Shown one piece after another: positions 50,815 to 60,798 of a stretch of DNA of 64,000 nucleotides. Source of the DNA: Candidatus Uhrbacteria bacterium (GTDB taxonomy: Bacteria > Patescibacteriota > Patescibacteriia > UBA9934). Every line of letters begins with the position of its first letter. Position 1 is the first letter of the stretch. The position numbers and the translations under genes are program-made. The notes beneath the pieces were generated by a model. That model had not been told where the DNA came from. It did no database searches and saw only the letters and a program-made list of their open reading frames with translations. Where the stretch lies: NCBI GenBank assembly GCA_018673485.1, contig JABHCP010000012.1, positions 30,393 to 94,392 of the forward strand, in the 5' to 3' direction.

Positions 50815-51699
50815 ATGAATCATATGCACTGCCCATCATGTCAAAAAAAGGATTTCATATGTTTTTTAAAGAAGATAAGAAAGGCAAAGATTTTTGTTTG
50901 CAAAAATTGTGATCTACATTTTTCAAAATCCGCAAAGCTATCGAGCAGAAAATGGTATGAGAAGTCCTTAAAAGATAAAACCGCAATGACTTTGCCAGAG
51001 GTCTGGCTTAAATGGCAGAAGAAAATTTATGCACAATTTTTGAGGCGCTCAGGCGAGGGGTTGAGCTTGCTTGATGTGGGTTGTGGAGATGGTAAGTTTT
51101 TAAAGCAGGCTCAAGATCGCGGATATCACGTGACTGGAATTGACTTGAACAGTATCCTGGTCAATCAAGCAAGAAAAGAGAAAAAGATTGAATATCATGC
51201 AATGGATTTTAAACAGTTCAGGAAGGAGTTCTCCAAGCAGCGCTTTAATGTCATCACTTTTTTTCAGGTGCTTGAGCATATGAAGAATCCGAATAGTTTC
51301 ATCAATATGGTGCGAGGTGCACTTAATCCTGGCGGATATATCGCATTCAGTGTGCCAAATAGAGATCGTTTTCGTTTTGCTACAAGCGTAGTTCCTCAAT
51401 GGGATTCACCTCCTCATCACAGAACCTGGTGGAATAAGGTGGCTATAAAACATCTGCTCAAGCGTAAAGGATTTCGCATTTTACAGTTAAAAGAATACAA
51501 AAAACAAGTTAAAATCCCTGTGAGAAGAGGTTGGAGTAAACAGGATGCCACGATTGTTCATCAGCTCTCATATTATTCGAAGTTTAAATACTATATTTTG
51601 AAAAATACTGCATTAAAGCTGTCTCGAAAGAAATTCATCAACATGCGTGCGAATGTTAAGGGGCCTTACTTGTATGTTTATGCGCGCTTGGAGAAATGA
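50815..51699 (+). CDS. Class I SAM-dependent methyltransferase with N-terminal CxxC pairs
   Basis: LLDVGCGDG, FQVLEH, SVPN, PPHH. Confidence 0.85.
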   Translation: MNHMHCPSCQKKDFICFLKKIRKAKIFVCKNCDLHFSKSAKLSSRKWYEKSLKDKTAMTLPEVWLKWQKKIYAQFLRRSGEGLSLLDVGCGDGKFLKQAQDRGYHVTGIDLNSILVNQARKEKKIEYHAMDFKQFRKEFSKQRFNVITFFQVLEHMKNPNSFINMVRGALNPGGYIAFSVPNRDRFRFATSVVPQWDSPPHHRTWWNKVAIKHLLKRKGFRILQLKEYKKQVKIPVRRGWSKQDATIVHQLSYYSKFKYYILKNTALKLSRKKFINMRANVKGPYLYVYARLEK

Positions 51700-51733
51700 T
51701 GATTAATGACGTGAGAATGAGCTGAAAAGCAAA

Positions 51734-51759
51734 GATCACCAATCTGGAGACTGGTGATC
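51734..51759 (-). terminator. Terminator after tRNA-like pair
   Basis: GATCACCAGTCT-CC-AGATTGGTGATC followed by TTTGCTTTT. Confidence 0.7.
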
Positions 51760-51783
51760 AAGACGACAGCGGGAGCTGTAAGG

Positions 51784-51857
51784 TGGCGCCGATGGCAGGA
51801 ATTGAACCTGCGACCCCCTGCTCGACGGCAGGTGCTCTATCACTGAGCTACATCGGC
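51784..51857 (-). tRNA. Aberrant tRNA-like gene (6-nt anticodon loop CGTCGA, Asp-like)
   Basis: Four perfect stems, G73, CCA; no U33; D-loop AGTGATA lacks GG. Confidence 0.75.
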
Positions 51858-51871
51858 TAAGGAGTGAGAAA

Positions 51872-51984
51872 TGGCTCTGGGGGCTGGATTTGAACCAACG
51901 ACTTCCTGCGTGATGGTAGGTGAACTAACCAGTTGTTCTACCGGCTTGGCAAACAGGCGAGCTAACCAACTGCTCTACCCCAGA
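51872..51984 (-). tRNA. Aberrant 113-nt tRNA-like gene with duplicated D+anticodon segment
   Basis: TCTGGGG/CCCCAGA acceptor, T-arm, G73, CCA; internal ~36-nt duplication. Confidence 0.75.
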
Positions 51985-51995
51985 TCACGAATATG

Positions 51996-52024
51996 ATAAT
52001 ATATAACGCAAAAGTACATGTCAA
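51996..52024 (-). promoter_or_regulatory. sigma70 promoter of tRNA-like pair
   Basis: TTGACA-17-TATTAT, 12 nt from first tRNA-like gene. Confidence 0.8.
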
Positions 52025-52080
52025 GAAAACAGCACTTACGTGCTGTTTTTTTAGTGTAGTTCCAATAGGTCTTATAAGAC

Positions 52081-52929
52081 CTACATATCTAATTGGAAAA
52101 ACTCAATTGCGTTTTTTGTGGTTTGTTCTGCGACTTCTTTGTAACTCATTCCTTTTATGTCTGCGAGAACGTGAGCGATGTGTTTTACAAAAGATGGCTC
52201 GTTTCTTTTTCCGCGATTTGGCGCCGGTGATAGGTACGGAGCATCTGTTTCGATCATTATTGATTCCATTGGTAGTTCCTTGGCAATGCGTTGAATCTCA
52301 TCGGAAAACGTTAGAATTCCAGTAAACGAGATCATGAATCCAAGTTCGATGTATCTTCTTGCATCTTCAAGCGATCCTGTAAAGCAGTGCACTACACCAC
52401 GGCGTGGGAGTTTCCCCTCATCTACCGCTCGTTTAAGAACTTCATATTGCAAATCGTGAGCGTCCCGACAATGCACAACTATCGGCTTATTAAACTCAGT
52501 TGCAAAATCAATTTGTAAGTTTGTTGCTGCTGTTTGATCTTCGATGACTTTACTTTCCTCAACGTTTCGTGGCTTGTGATAAAAGTCCAAACCAAACTCC
52601 CCCACCGCAACGACCTTAGGATGTGAAACCAATTCTCGATAATACTCAGGATCAAATTCCTCAGTTCGAGTTTTTATCTTCCCAGGATCAAATTCGTTAT
52701 CATCATTAAACTCCTGTTTATGTAAATGAGACGGATGCAATCCCACAGTAGCCCAAACACCATCATACTTTTCCGCCACCTCAATCGCCTTCTTACTCGT
52801 ACTTGACTGCGTCCCAACCGTAATCATCCCAATCCCCTCATCAAGCGATCGTTTTATCACCTCATCCATGTCACCCTTGTACGCCGCGAAATGGACGTGG
52901 GTGTGCGTGTCGATTAGTTGAGGATACAT
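52081..52929 (-). CDS. tatD: TatD family deoxyribonuclease
   Basis: DTHTH, GLHP, GEFGLD, HCR, HCFTG, ETDAPYL. Confidence 0.95.
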   Translation of the reverse strand: MYPQLIDTHTHVHFAAYKGDMDEVIKRSLDEGIGMITVGTQSSTSKKAIEVAEKYDGVWATVGLHPSHLHKQEFNDDNEFDPGKIKTRTEEFDPEYYRELVSHPKVVAVGEFGLDFYHKPRNVEESKVIEDQTAATNLQIDFATEFNKPIVVHCRDAHDLQYEVLKRAVDEGKLPRRGVVHCFTGSLEDARRYIELGFMISFTGILTFSDEIQRIAKELPMESIMIETDAPYLSPAPNRGKRNEPSFVKHIAHVLADIKGMSYKEVAEQTTKNAIEFFQLDM

Positions 52930-52996
52930 AATATTGATAAAACCCCCATGTTGCTATGGCATAGGGGTCTCATTGTAATTAACGTATAAATATGGA

Positions 52997-53329
52997 CTAA
53001 TAAGGCAATTTTATTCCCCATTCTTTTGCCTCTTCTCTTGGGTCAGGAGAGACTGGGCATTCTTGGTCTGATTCCGCAGCCTCCATAGCCTGCTCCAATC
53101 TCTCCATGGAGCCATGTGCGCCACTGATTCCATTAATTGGATCATTTTGATATGCGCACCAGTGATAGCGCAGGGCATCCAAATTGCCAGAATTTTGAAG
53201 TACTTTTCCTGGTTCGGTTTCAACTGTAAACAATCCGTCTTCAAGAGTGGGTGCAAAAGTTCCAAATTTTGTTTCTTCAATTGGAAGTTTCTCATTTGTA
53301 TTTTCTGGATTTGTAGGTGTCTCTGACAT
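52997..53329 (-). CDS. Hypothetical acidic protein
   Basis: ATG 53329 after AT-rich TATAAT-containing region; hairpin ~52941-52969. Confidence 0.6.
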   Translation of the reverse strand: MSETPTNPENTNEKLPIEETKFGTFAPTLEDGLFTVETEPGKVLQNSGNLDALRYHWCAYQNDPINGISGAHGSMERLEQAMEAAESDQECPVSPDPREEAKEWGIKLPY

Positions 53330-53430
53330 ATAATTCATTTTTTTAATTATTATACTTAAATTATTATATAATACCGTCCAACTATAAGTCAATATAATAC
53401 AATGTTTGTAACGTTGAAGTGAGTGTGAGC

Positions 53431-53919
53431 TTAGATAAACAGCCCAACGATCCACATTATCCAACCTCCTGTCCAAGACAGCCATTCTACGACTTGGGAG
53501 TCCAGGATTGCGGATTTAAGCCAGCCGTCAGTTAGTTGGTTTGTTGCGTAGTAGATGACGCCTGATAGGACCACAAAGGCTTCGAGAACGCCTAAAATAC
53601 CACCTAGGAGCTTGTTGATTCCTGCAACGAATGGAATTATGGTTAAAAGTTTGTAGGCGCGATCTAGGAGTTCAAATAGCCAAGCAATGAGTTGGCTTGC
53701 GACTGCCAATATTAGAACAAAAGCTATTACTTGGACGACTTGATAGTCACTTATCGGCCAGAGCGTATCAAGCCATTGTATTGCAAATATTGCTAGGAAC
53801 ATTCCACCCAAAAGTCCGACAAGACTTCCAAGTGTTCTAATGAAGCCATGGTAAAGCCCAGCGATTATAAAAAGTCCAGCAATCGCGATGAGTACTAAGT
53901 CAGCGAGTGTGAAGGTCAT
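53431..53919 (-). CDS. CvpA family membrane protein
   Basis: G...GFIR, NKLLGGILG, ~4 TM. Confidence 0.85.
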   Translation of the reverse strand: MTFTLADLVLIAIAGLFIIAGLYHGFIRTLGSLVGLLGGMFLAIFAIQWLDTLWPISDYQVVQVIAFVLILAVASQLIAWLFELLDRAYKLLTIIPFVAGINKLLGGILGVLEAFVVLSGVIYYATNQLTDGWLKSAILDSQVVEWLSWTGGWIMWIVGLFI

Positions 53920-53981
53920 AGGAGATATAGGTAGTAGTAAGTAGAAAGTAGAGAGTAGAATGTAGTGGTGAGTTCGATCGA

Positions 53982-54019
53982 ATCCCCCTCCTTTTTAAGG
54001 AGGGGTTAGGGGTGGTTAT
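53982..54019 (-). repeat. Short family-A element, intergenic
   Basis: Matches 2378-2415 and 23847-23884. Confidence 0.85.
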
Positions 54020-54041
54020 GTAATAGTTCCCAATTTTCGAT

Positions 54042-55472
54042 CTAATTGTCTCTTCGTGGAAATAGCGGATCGCCGGTTAGTATTTTGTCACCATCGTAGC
54101 GTTTGATGATCTCATCAGCTGCTTCGGGGATTATCGGCTTAAGAGATTGTCCAATGAATCGGATGTTTTCGGCTAGTTCGCTCAGTACTTCTTTTGCTGC
54201 AGCTTCATCTTCTTTGACGAGCTTAAATGGAGCTTTGATTTCGATTAGTTCGTTTGATTCTGAAACGATCTCAAAAACAAGATCGATATATTTTTTGAAA
54301 TCATAGTCTTTCATCGAAATTTCTAATTGAGTTTTTAACTCGCCCCAGTTCTTTTCGATCTTGTCTAGTTTCCCGTCAAAATACTTGTCAGACATAGCCG
54401 CAACTCGGCTAACAAGATTTCCAAGTTGGTTTGCAAGTTCTGCGTAGCGTTCTTCCATTCTTGGCATTGCAAAGTCGCCATCGTCGTGTGAAGGAATCTC
54501 ACGAAGTAAGTAATATCGCACAGCGTCAGTTCCGAACTCTTTTACGAGCTCAAATGGGTCAACGACGTTGCCTAAACTCTTACTCATCTTTTTTCCGTCG
54601 GAAGTGATGAACCCATGAATGAAAACTTGTGTTGATGGTTTCAATCCGGCTGACATTAGCATTGCCTGCCACATTGCAGTTTGCTGTCGCAGATTGTCCT
54701 TTCCTGCCACTTGTACTCCTGGCCAGAACTTAAAGTCACCAGACTCATCTGGCCAACCTAGAGTTGAGACGTAGTTCACAAGTGCATCAAACCATACATA
54801 CATTACGTGGTCCTCGTCTCCGGGAACTGAAACACCCCAAGGCATTTTTTCCTTCATTCGTGAAATGCTGAAGTCGCGAAGACCAGCGTCGACGAAATTC
54901 TTTATCTCGTTAAAGCGATATTCTGGCACAACAAAGTCTGGTTGCGCCGCATAAAGCTCTTGCAATGGTTTTTGATATTTTGAAAATGCAAAGAAGTAGT
55001 TTTCTTCATCGCGTAATTCAAGCTCCATGTTTGGATGGACTGGACACTTGCCTTCCTCGAGCTCTGAGTCTTGTTTTTCAAGCTCACAACCAATACAGTA
55101 TTTTGTTTGGTACCGATCTTTGTAAATGTCTCCACTTGATAGACATCGGTTCCAGAATTCTTGCGCTGCTTTTTTGTGATCAGCATTGCTGGTGCGAATG
55201 AAGTTTGTGTAAGTAAGATTCAATGCATCTTTGAGATTATCAAATCGTGCCGCATATTCATCAACGTAAGCTTGTGTGTCCTTTCCTTCTGTTGCTGCTT
55301 TTTCGAAAATCTTCTGCCCGTGCTCATCAGTCCCAGTATTAAATAGCACCTCGTGCCCACTAAGCGCATGAAAACGAGCAAGCGTATCTGCTTGAATAAT
55401 CTCGAGTGCGAATCCGATATGAGGGTCGGAGTTTACGTATGGGAGTGTCGTTGTGATGTAGTATTTTGGCAT
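54042..55472 (-). CDS. metG: Methionine--tRNA ligase (short form)
   Basis: PYVN..PHIG, GTDEHG, YVWFDAL, KMSKS. Confidence 0.97.
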   Translation of the reverse strand: MPKYYITTTLPYVNSDPHIGFALEIIQADTLARFHALSGHEVLFNTGTDEHGQKIFEKAATEGKDTQAYVDEYAARFDNLKDALNLTYTNFIRTSNADHKKAAQEFWNRCLSSGDIYKDRYQTKYCIGCELEKQDSELEEGKCPVHPNMELELRDEENYFFAFSKYQKPLQELYAAQPDFVVPEYRFNEIKNFVDAGLRDFSISRMKEKMPWGVSVPGDEDHVMYVWFDALVNYVSTLGWPDESGDFKFWPGVQVAGKDNLRQQTAMWQAMLMSAGLKPSTQVFIHGFITSDGKKMSKSLGNVVDPFELVKEFGTDAVRYYLLREIPSHDDGDFAMPRMEERYAELANQLGNLVSRVAAMSDKYFDGKLDKIEKNWGELKTQLEISMKDYDFKKYIDLVFEIVSESNELIEIKAPFKLVKEDEAAAKEVLSELAENIRFIGQSLKPIIPEAADEIIKRYDGDKILTGDPLFPRRDN

Positions 55473-55522
55473 ATCGCAGGTAGTAGTAAGTAGGGAGTAG
55501 ATAGTAGATGAGGCCTTCGATA

Positions 55523-56188
55523 TCATCGCGGAGCGATAACTATCACGAATTCGCCCTTAGTTGATGTTTGGTTTAGTTGCTCGATAACTTCTGGTGCAGT
55601 CCCACGGTAAATATGCTCGTGCATTTTTGTTAGTTCCCTGCCAACAATAAGCGTTCTGTCTTGTGGAAGTTGCTCGAGTGTTTTAATGATTCTGTGTTTT
55701 GATTCGTAGAGTGCGACAGTTTGCTTGATAGTTTCGATGTTTTCAAAATATGTCTTTCTTCCTTTTTTGTTTGGTGGGAATCCCAAAAATGTAAACTTAT
55801 CAGTTGGAAATCCGCACACGCTCAGTGCAGCAGCGATCGCTGAAGCTCCTGGGATCGGTACTACCGTGACATCTGCTTTGATCGCGACTTCAACCAATTT
55901 GCCTCCCGGGTCAGAGATTCCTGGAGTTCCAGCGTCAGTTACGAGTGCTACTGATGCTCCGTCAACTAGTTTGCTTACGATGTGACCAGCCTTTTCGTCA
56001 GTTGAGTGCTGATGATAGGAAATCGTTGGTGTATCGATTGAATAGTTTGAAAGTAGTTTTTTTGTTACTCGCGTGTCTTCGCAGGCGATAAGGTCAACGG
56101 TTTTAAGAGTCTCAAGCGCGCGCTCAGTTATATCACTGAGGTTTCCGATGGGTGTTCCAACAACGTATAGTGTTCCTTTACTCTGCAT
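55523..56188 (-). CDS. rsmI: 16S rRNA C1402 2'-O-methyltransferase
   Basis: GTPIGNL.DIT.RA, CEDTR, DAGTPGISDPG, RELTK. Confidence 0.96.
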   Translation of the reverse strand: MQSKGTLYVVGTPIGNLSDITERALETLKTVDLIACEDTRVTKKLLSNYSIDTPTISYHQHSTDEKAGHIVSKLVDGASVALVTDAGTPGISDPGGKLVEVAIKADVTVVPIPGASAIAAALSVCGFPTDKFTFLGFPPNKKGRKTYFENIETIKQTVALYESKHRIIKTLEQLPQDRTLIVGRELTKMHEHIYRGTAPEVIEQLNQTSTKGEFVIVIAPR

Positions 56189-57347
56189 CTTCTGGGGTTG
56201 TTTCCTCGGGTTCGATGTCTGAAGTATCTATAACTTCAACAAAAGCTACCGCTGAGTCAGTGTACTGCGCGTACCAGCACATCCAAAAACTTGGTTTTGT
56301 TTGTACGCGACTTAGTTGAGTGCCAGCGAGTTCGCCATCAATTGCGCGACCACTAACGTCCCATAATGATCCAGTTTGATCGTCGGTCATTGTTTTAGCA
56401 GTCCAGTCGTATGTGAATGTAAGTGTCTGATCGTTAACGTCTGCAAGATATGCAAGAGTTGTGCCGAGCGCTTCGTAGTAGAATCCCACGATGTTGATTC
56501 CACCAACAACCTCGTTGGCAACCATCTTTCCAAGCATTATTTGATCTGCAAATGCAATTGCATCGCCATTAATTTCCAAACCTTCAACTGCCCATTTTGT
56601 GCCAAGCATGTTGGTGGTTTGAGATACTGGGTAGTAAATGATTGTTGCATTGTCGTAATTCTGGTAAGGGTGCATGCCGTAGTCACGTACAAAACCAGTG
56701 TCACTAGAAAGCGCATAGCCATCTGGGTATTGCTCGCTCCAAATATCCCAGCTCATTACTTGGAATGGATATTCAGTTAGTTGTTCTCCGACATGTTTTC
56801 CAGAGATTGCGGTTCCGCGAAGTTGCAACCACAGTGATCCGTCTTTCGACTCGAGAAGTTGGTTGTTGTTGTAAATTTTCCCTGAGTTTGCTAGTTCAAG
56901 ATCTTTTCCGTCGAGCTCTGCCTCGTAAACTGCTGAGCTTTTGCAAAGTGCGCAATGAGTGATCGCTAAGTCAACACCATTGAATGAGTCATTCACCACT
57001 TCGTGCCAGTTTAAAATTTGATATGAGTAAAACCTATGCTCACCGTTGATCTCAATATCAATTCCCAGTACGTCGTCAGCTAGGTACGAGTCAGCTGTGT
57101 AAACGTCATCGAACTTTGGATCGGTTAGCGCTGGAAGCTCGGCAGAGTCATAAATGTCTGTTGGTGGAACTAGATATTTTTCACCGTCGTATGAGATGAC
57201 CTCGGGTAGTAGTCCATTATCAAGCTCAGCAGTTTCTAAATAGCTTTCGACACTCGCCATCCTCCAGGCACGAATGCCAAAAAGTGCAGCTAGGGCTACC
57301 ACGAAGATAATTACTGAAATGATGATCTGTTGATGTTGCTTTTTCAT
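56178..57347 (-). CDS. DUF3179 domain membrane-anchored protein
   Basis: PAL..P.F, WHEVVND, CALC, SGKIY, SLWLQ..G.AI.G. Confidence 0.8.
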   Translation of the reverse strand: MKKQHQQIIISVIIFVVALAALFGIRAWRMASVESYLETAELDNGLLPEVISYDGEKYLVPPTDIYDSAELPALTDPKFDDVYTADSYLADDVLGIDIEINGEHRFYSYQILNWHEVVNDSFNGVDLAITHCALCKSSAVYEAELDGKDLELANSGKIYNNNQLLESKDGSLWLQLRGTAISGKHVGEQLTEYPFQVMSWDIWSEQYPDGYALSSDTGFVRDYGMHPYQNYDNATIIYYPVSQTTNMLGTKWAVEGLEINGDAIAFADQIMLGKMVANEVVGGINIVGFYYEALGTTLAYLADVNDQTLTFTYDWTAKTMTDDQTGSLWDVSGRAIDGELAGTQLSRVQTKPSFWMCWYAQYTDSAVAFVEVIDTSDIEPEETTPEDAE

Positions 57348-57452
57348 ATTGTTGATAAGTCAATTTTTTGCCATTTTTACTTACTTTTAATGATTTGGCA
57401 AGTTAATCCGTCCTTAGTATACTACAGTCTTAACATAATCGTGAATACAAAT

Positions 57453-58076
57453 ATGAGCAGAATTAAAGATTATAATCCGCAGAGTTTGCCCTTTTCTGGT
57501 GAGCTTGAAGGGATGAGTGAGAAAACCATTCAGATACACCATGACAAGCTATATGTTGGCTACGTGAATAAGATGAATGAGATTGATGAAAAGCTGGCAG
57601 AAATAGCACATGGCGAACGTGAGGTACTAGGAAATCAGACATACTCTGAACTGCGAGCCTTGCGTCGCGGTGAGACATTTGCAACTAATGGCACGTATCT
57701 TCATGAGTATTACTTTAATGTGCTCGGCGGTGATGGATCGATTCCAGAGAATGAGCTTATGAGTGCGATCATTGAAAAGTGGGATTCTTTTGAAAATTTC
57801 AAAAAGTATTTTTCAGAAAGCGCGATGGCTGTGCGTGGCTGGCTGGTACTTTCTTGGGATGTGCAGCTTGGACGTCTTAAAGTTTACGGATGCGATACTC
57901 ACGATGAAGGTGGAGTTTGGGGATGCTTGCCAATTTTTGCACTTGATGTTTTTGAGCACGCATACTTCATTGACCATGGATCTGACAGAAAGGCTTACAT
58001 CGAAGCATTTTGGAAAAACATGGATTGGAATAAAGCCAATGAGATATTTGTGAAGTGGAATGGTATAAAAAGATAA
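57453..58076 (+). CDS. Fe/Mn superoxide dismutase
   Basis: HHDKLY, LHEYYF, DVFEHAY. Confidence 0.92.
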   Translation: MSRIKDYNPQSLPFSGELEGMSEKTIQIHHDKLYVGYVNKMNEIDEKLAEIAHGEREVLGNQTYSELRALRRGETFATNGTYLHEYYFNVLGGDGSIPENELMSAIIEKWDSFENFKKYFSESAMAVRGWLVLSWDVQLGRLKVYGCDTHDEGGVWGCLPIFALDVFEHAYFIDHGSDRKAYIEAFWKNMDWNKANEIFVKWNGIKR

Positions 58077-58240
58077 TAAGAAGATCTCTCGTCGCCTACT
58101 CCTCGAGATGGGAATTAATTTTCCATTTCGAACAGAGTGAGAAATCTTCTTGAATACTAAATCAACTCGCCACGTCGGTCGCAGCTAGTGTGATTTGACG
58201 TGGCGGAAGTACAACGGATAATTAATTAAAGAAAATATAT

Positions 58241-58765
58241 ATGATTCAATTAGAATCCAATGCGCCAGAATTTAGTGGTGTCATGTCCTATCATCAAGGT
58301 GAGTTTAAAAAGATCAGCCTAGCTGATTATAAAGGAAAATGGGTGGCGCTATTCTTTTACCCACGTGATTTTACTTTTGTGTGCCCTACTGAGTTGAAGG
58401 GGTTTGCTAAGCATGCGCAAGAGTTTGCAGATTTGGATTGTGAGATTATTGCAGTCTCAACTGACTCTGAGTGGTCGCATAAAGCATGGTTTGAAAAAGA
58501 TTTGCCAGACGTCAAGTATCCAGCGTTGGCAGATGTTACACATCAGATATCAAAAGACTATCAAGTCTATAACGAAGCTGAAGGTTTAGCTGAGCGTGGA
58601 TTGTTCTTGATTAGCCCTGAGGGGATAGTTAAATACATCGTTATTTCAGCTGGAAATGTCGGACGATCGTCTGCAGAAACTCTTCGAGTTCTAAAAGCCC
58701 TCCAGACTGGAGACCTGTGTCCGATGGAATGGGAAACTGGTCAGGAAACTCTCGGTAAGGCTTAA
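58241..58765 (+). CDS. ahpC: 2-Cys peroxiredoxin
   Basis: FYPRDFTFVCPTE, LCPMEW. Confidence 0.93.
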   Translation: MIQLESNAPEFSGVMSYHQGEFKKISLADYKGKWVALFFYPRDFTFVCPTELKGFAKHAQEFADLDCEIIAVSTDSEWSHKAWFEKDLPDVKYPALADVTHQISKDYQVYNEAEGLAERGLFLISPEGIVKYIVISAGNVGRSSAETLRVLKALQTGDLCPMEWETGQETLGKA

Positions 58766-58766
58766 T

Positions 58767-59129
58767 ATGGTAATCCGAGGGGAAAGAATAGTTGAGACTC
58801 AGGAGGATAGGGATATAAAGATATATGGCAAGCATATAGAGTTAGCGATTGATTTTGCGTTGCATAAAATAAACGACGAGCGTTATCAAGTGCAACAAGC
58901 AGTTTACTCTGCCATGCAAGCACGTAAGATTCCAGAGCGCGCTGTGTTTAATAGATTGAGAAAGATTGTGGAAAAACGTGTGAAGGAGGAGCTAAGAGAT
59001 ATGAAGATTTCTCAAGAACTTGCGAACACTGTCGCTGAGATCGAGAACGATGAAATGATGACCGACGCTGCTCGACTTGAAACAGAGAATACATCAGAGC
59101 GAGATAGAATTGACGCCGAGGCAGCTTAA
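58767..59129 (+). CDS. Hypothetical protein
   Basis: Starts 1 nt after ahpC stop; hairpin ~59133-59160. Confidence 0.6.
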   Translation: MVIRGERIVETQEDRDIKIYGKHIELAIDFALHKINDERYQVQQAVYSAMQARKIPERAVFNRLRKIVEKRVKEELRDMKISQELANTVAEIENDEMMTDAARLETENTSERDRIDAEAA

Positions 59130-59216
59130 TATGAAAACCGAGTCGCAAGGCTCGGTTTTCAGTTTGTTGAGTATTGTGATAAAACAAGTAGGAACCGTGG
59201 AGCAAGGAGTTTTCCC

Positions 59217-59537
59217 ATGGCGCATATTTTCTCTCGATTGAGTCTGCGATATGATGAGTGTGGAAATTGGATCCCACTTGTAATTCGAGGCGTTGTGGTC
59301 GCGAGCGACAAGGAGGTGAATTTGCGCTGGGATGGAGGTGCTCGTTTGAATGTGCTACCACCTCGGTGTGTACAGCATCGTGGTAAGTCAGTTCGTTGTT
59401 TTCGTCAGAATCAATTCGTCGTCATGGTGGATGATGAGTCTGATGAAGAGCTTGATCACTTCAACCATCCTTTGCAGAGGGACAAGCCCACTGCATCATT
59501 GAAGCGCAAACGCCGCAAAAAACGTTCCAGCCGCTAA
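59217..59537 (+). CDS. Hypothetical protein with basic tail
   Basis: AAGGAG SD; terminator ~59556-59597. Confidence 0.55.
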   Translation: MAHIFSRLSLRYDECGNWIPLVIRGVVVASDKEVNLRWDGGARLNVLPPRCVQHRGKSVRCFRQNQFVVMVDDESDEELDHFNHPLQRDKPTASLKRKRRKKRSSR

Positions 59538-59595
59538 CCACCCTCTTACCACCCGAAACGAGAAACACCACCTCGTCCGGGTGGTGTTTCGTTTT

Positions 59596-60471
59596 TTAGT
59601 ATGCGTTAACAGTTATTGGCTTCATTGGCTTTGGTTCTTCTTCTTTGAGTATGACATAGTCTTCCATTCCTGGAGGAATGACTAGGCCCTCATATGACTC
59701 AAGGCCAGTCAGCATAATTCGAGCTCCATATGATTTTGTGGGAAGTTCCAAGCCCTTTGCGCTTTTTAGACCACTCAAATCAATTAGTCCTGAAATGTCA
59801 TTATTTAGTTTTAAGCCTTCTGGTGATGTAAGGCCGCTAAGATACAGCCCGTCCAATCTGCTTGGTAGTATTAGGCCCACAGCTGTTGTTAAAGAGCTCA
59901 TATCAAGTAAGCCTAGAACTTCCTCTGGCAACTTCAGACCTTCTGCGGATGTAATACCACTGATTTCAACATCACCGTTAACTACTTTGGGAAATGTTGC
60001 TGATTCTAGATCTTTTATGTCTATTTTTAAGTCACCGTGGTGAAATTCTATATTACCACTCATTGCAGTTTCTTGATCGGTGCTAATTTTGCCTTGTTCT
60101 ATACCAAGCGCAGTTGATAGATCAGTTTTAACATCTCTTTCGAGTCCTTTCTTGATTTGAAATCCTGCATGTACCATTGGTCTTACAACGTCATAGTATG
60201 TGTCCTCAGTTACAAGCCCTAAGGGTCTCAAGTCCTGAGGTAAATAAATCATTTTTAATTCTTCCGGATTGAGGTCCTCGCCTTGATCTATTTTTGCCTG
60301 TATTGCATCAAAATCTTCGATCCTTTTTTCTACATATTTACTGATGTATTCAGTGTCCTCCTCGATTGTATTTTCAGGTACTTCTGAGTTATTTGTTTTA
60401 TTTTCGAGCTTAGCGAGCTTTGATTCATCAAGGTCAACTGGTGGTCGACCCAACTCTGGTGAAATTGGCAT
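59596..60471 (-). CDS. Hypothetical protein with LRR-like LxLSGLTSAEGLxLP repeats
   Basis: About five 21-22 aa internal repeats. Confidence 0.7.
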   Translation of the reverse strand: MPISPELGRPPVDLDESKLAKLENKTNNSEVPENTIEEDTEYISKYVEKRIEDFDAIQAKIDQGEDLNPEELKMIYLPQDLRPLGLVTEDTYYDVVRPMVHAGFQIKKGLERDVKTDLSTALGIEQGKISTDQETAMSGNIEFHHGDLKIDIKDLESATFPKVVNGDVEISGITSAEGLKLPEEVLGLLDMSSLTTAVGLILPSRLDGLYLSGLTSPEGLKLNNDISGLIDLSGLKSAKGLELPTKSYGARIMLTGLESYEGLVIPPGMEDYVILKEEEPKPMKPITVNAY

Positions 60472-60484
60472 AGAATATTTTATA

Positions 60485-60715
60485 TTAAATATTTAATAAT
60501 TCTTTAAGCTTTGGTTTATCAAATCCGATCACTATATCTTCCCCGATTGCTGTTACAGGCACTCCCATTTGGCCTGATTTGTGAATCATCTCTTGGGCTT
60601 GTTCGTGACTAGCTGATACGTCTATTTCTTCGAACTCAACATTGTGTTTGTTCAAGAATTCTTTCACCAGTTTGCAGTACGGGCAAGTTGGAGTTGAGTA
60701 GACGGTGATTTTCAT
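60485..60715 (-). CDS. Glutaredoxin/NrdH-like redoxin
   Basis: CPYC, GQMGVP, GFD. Confidence 0.92.
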   Translation of the reverse strand: MKITVYSTPTCPYCKLVKEFLNKHNVEFEEIDVSASHEQAQEMIHKSGQMGVPVTAIGEDIVIGFDKPKLKELLNI

Positions 60716-60798
60716 AGTGAATGAATTATATCGCAGAAGGTAGAATGTAGAAAGTAGAATGTAGCTCGATTTCGTTCAAAACTGCCTACCGCCCCCCC

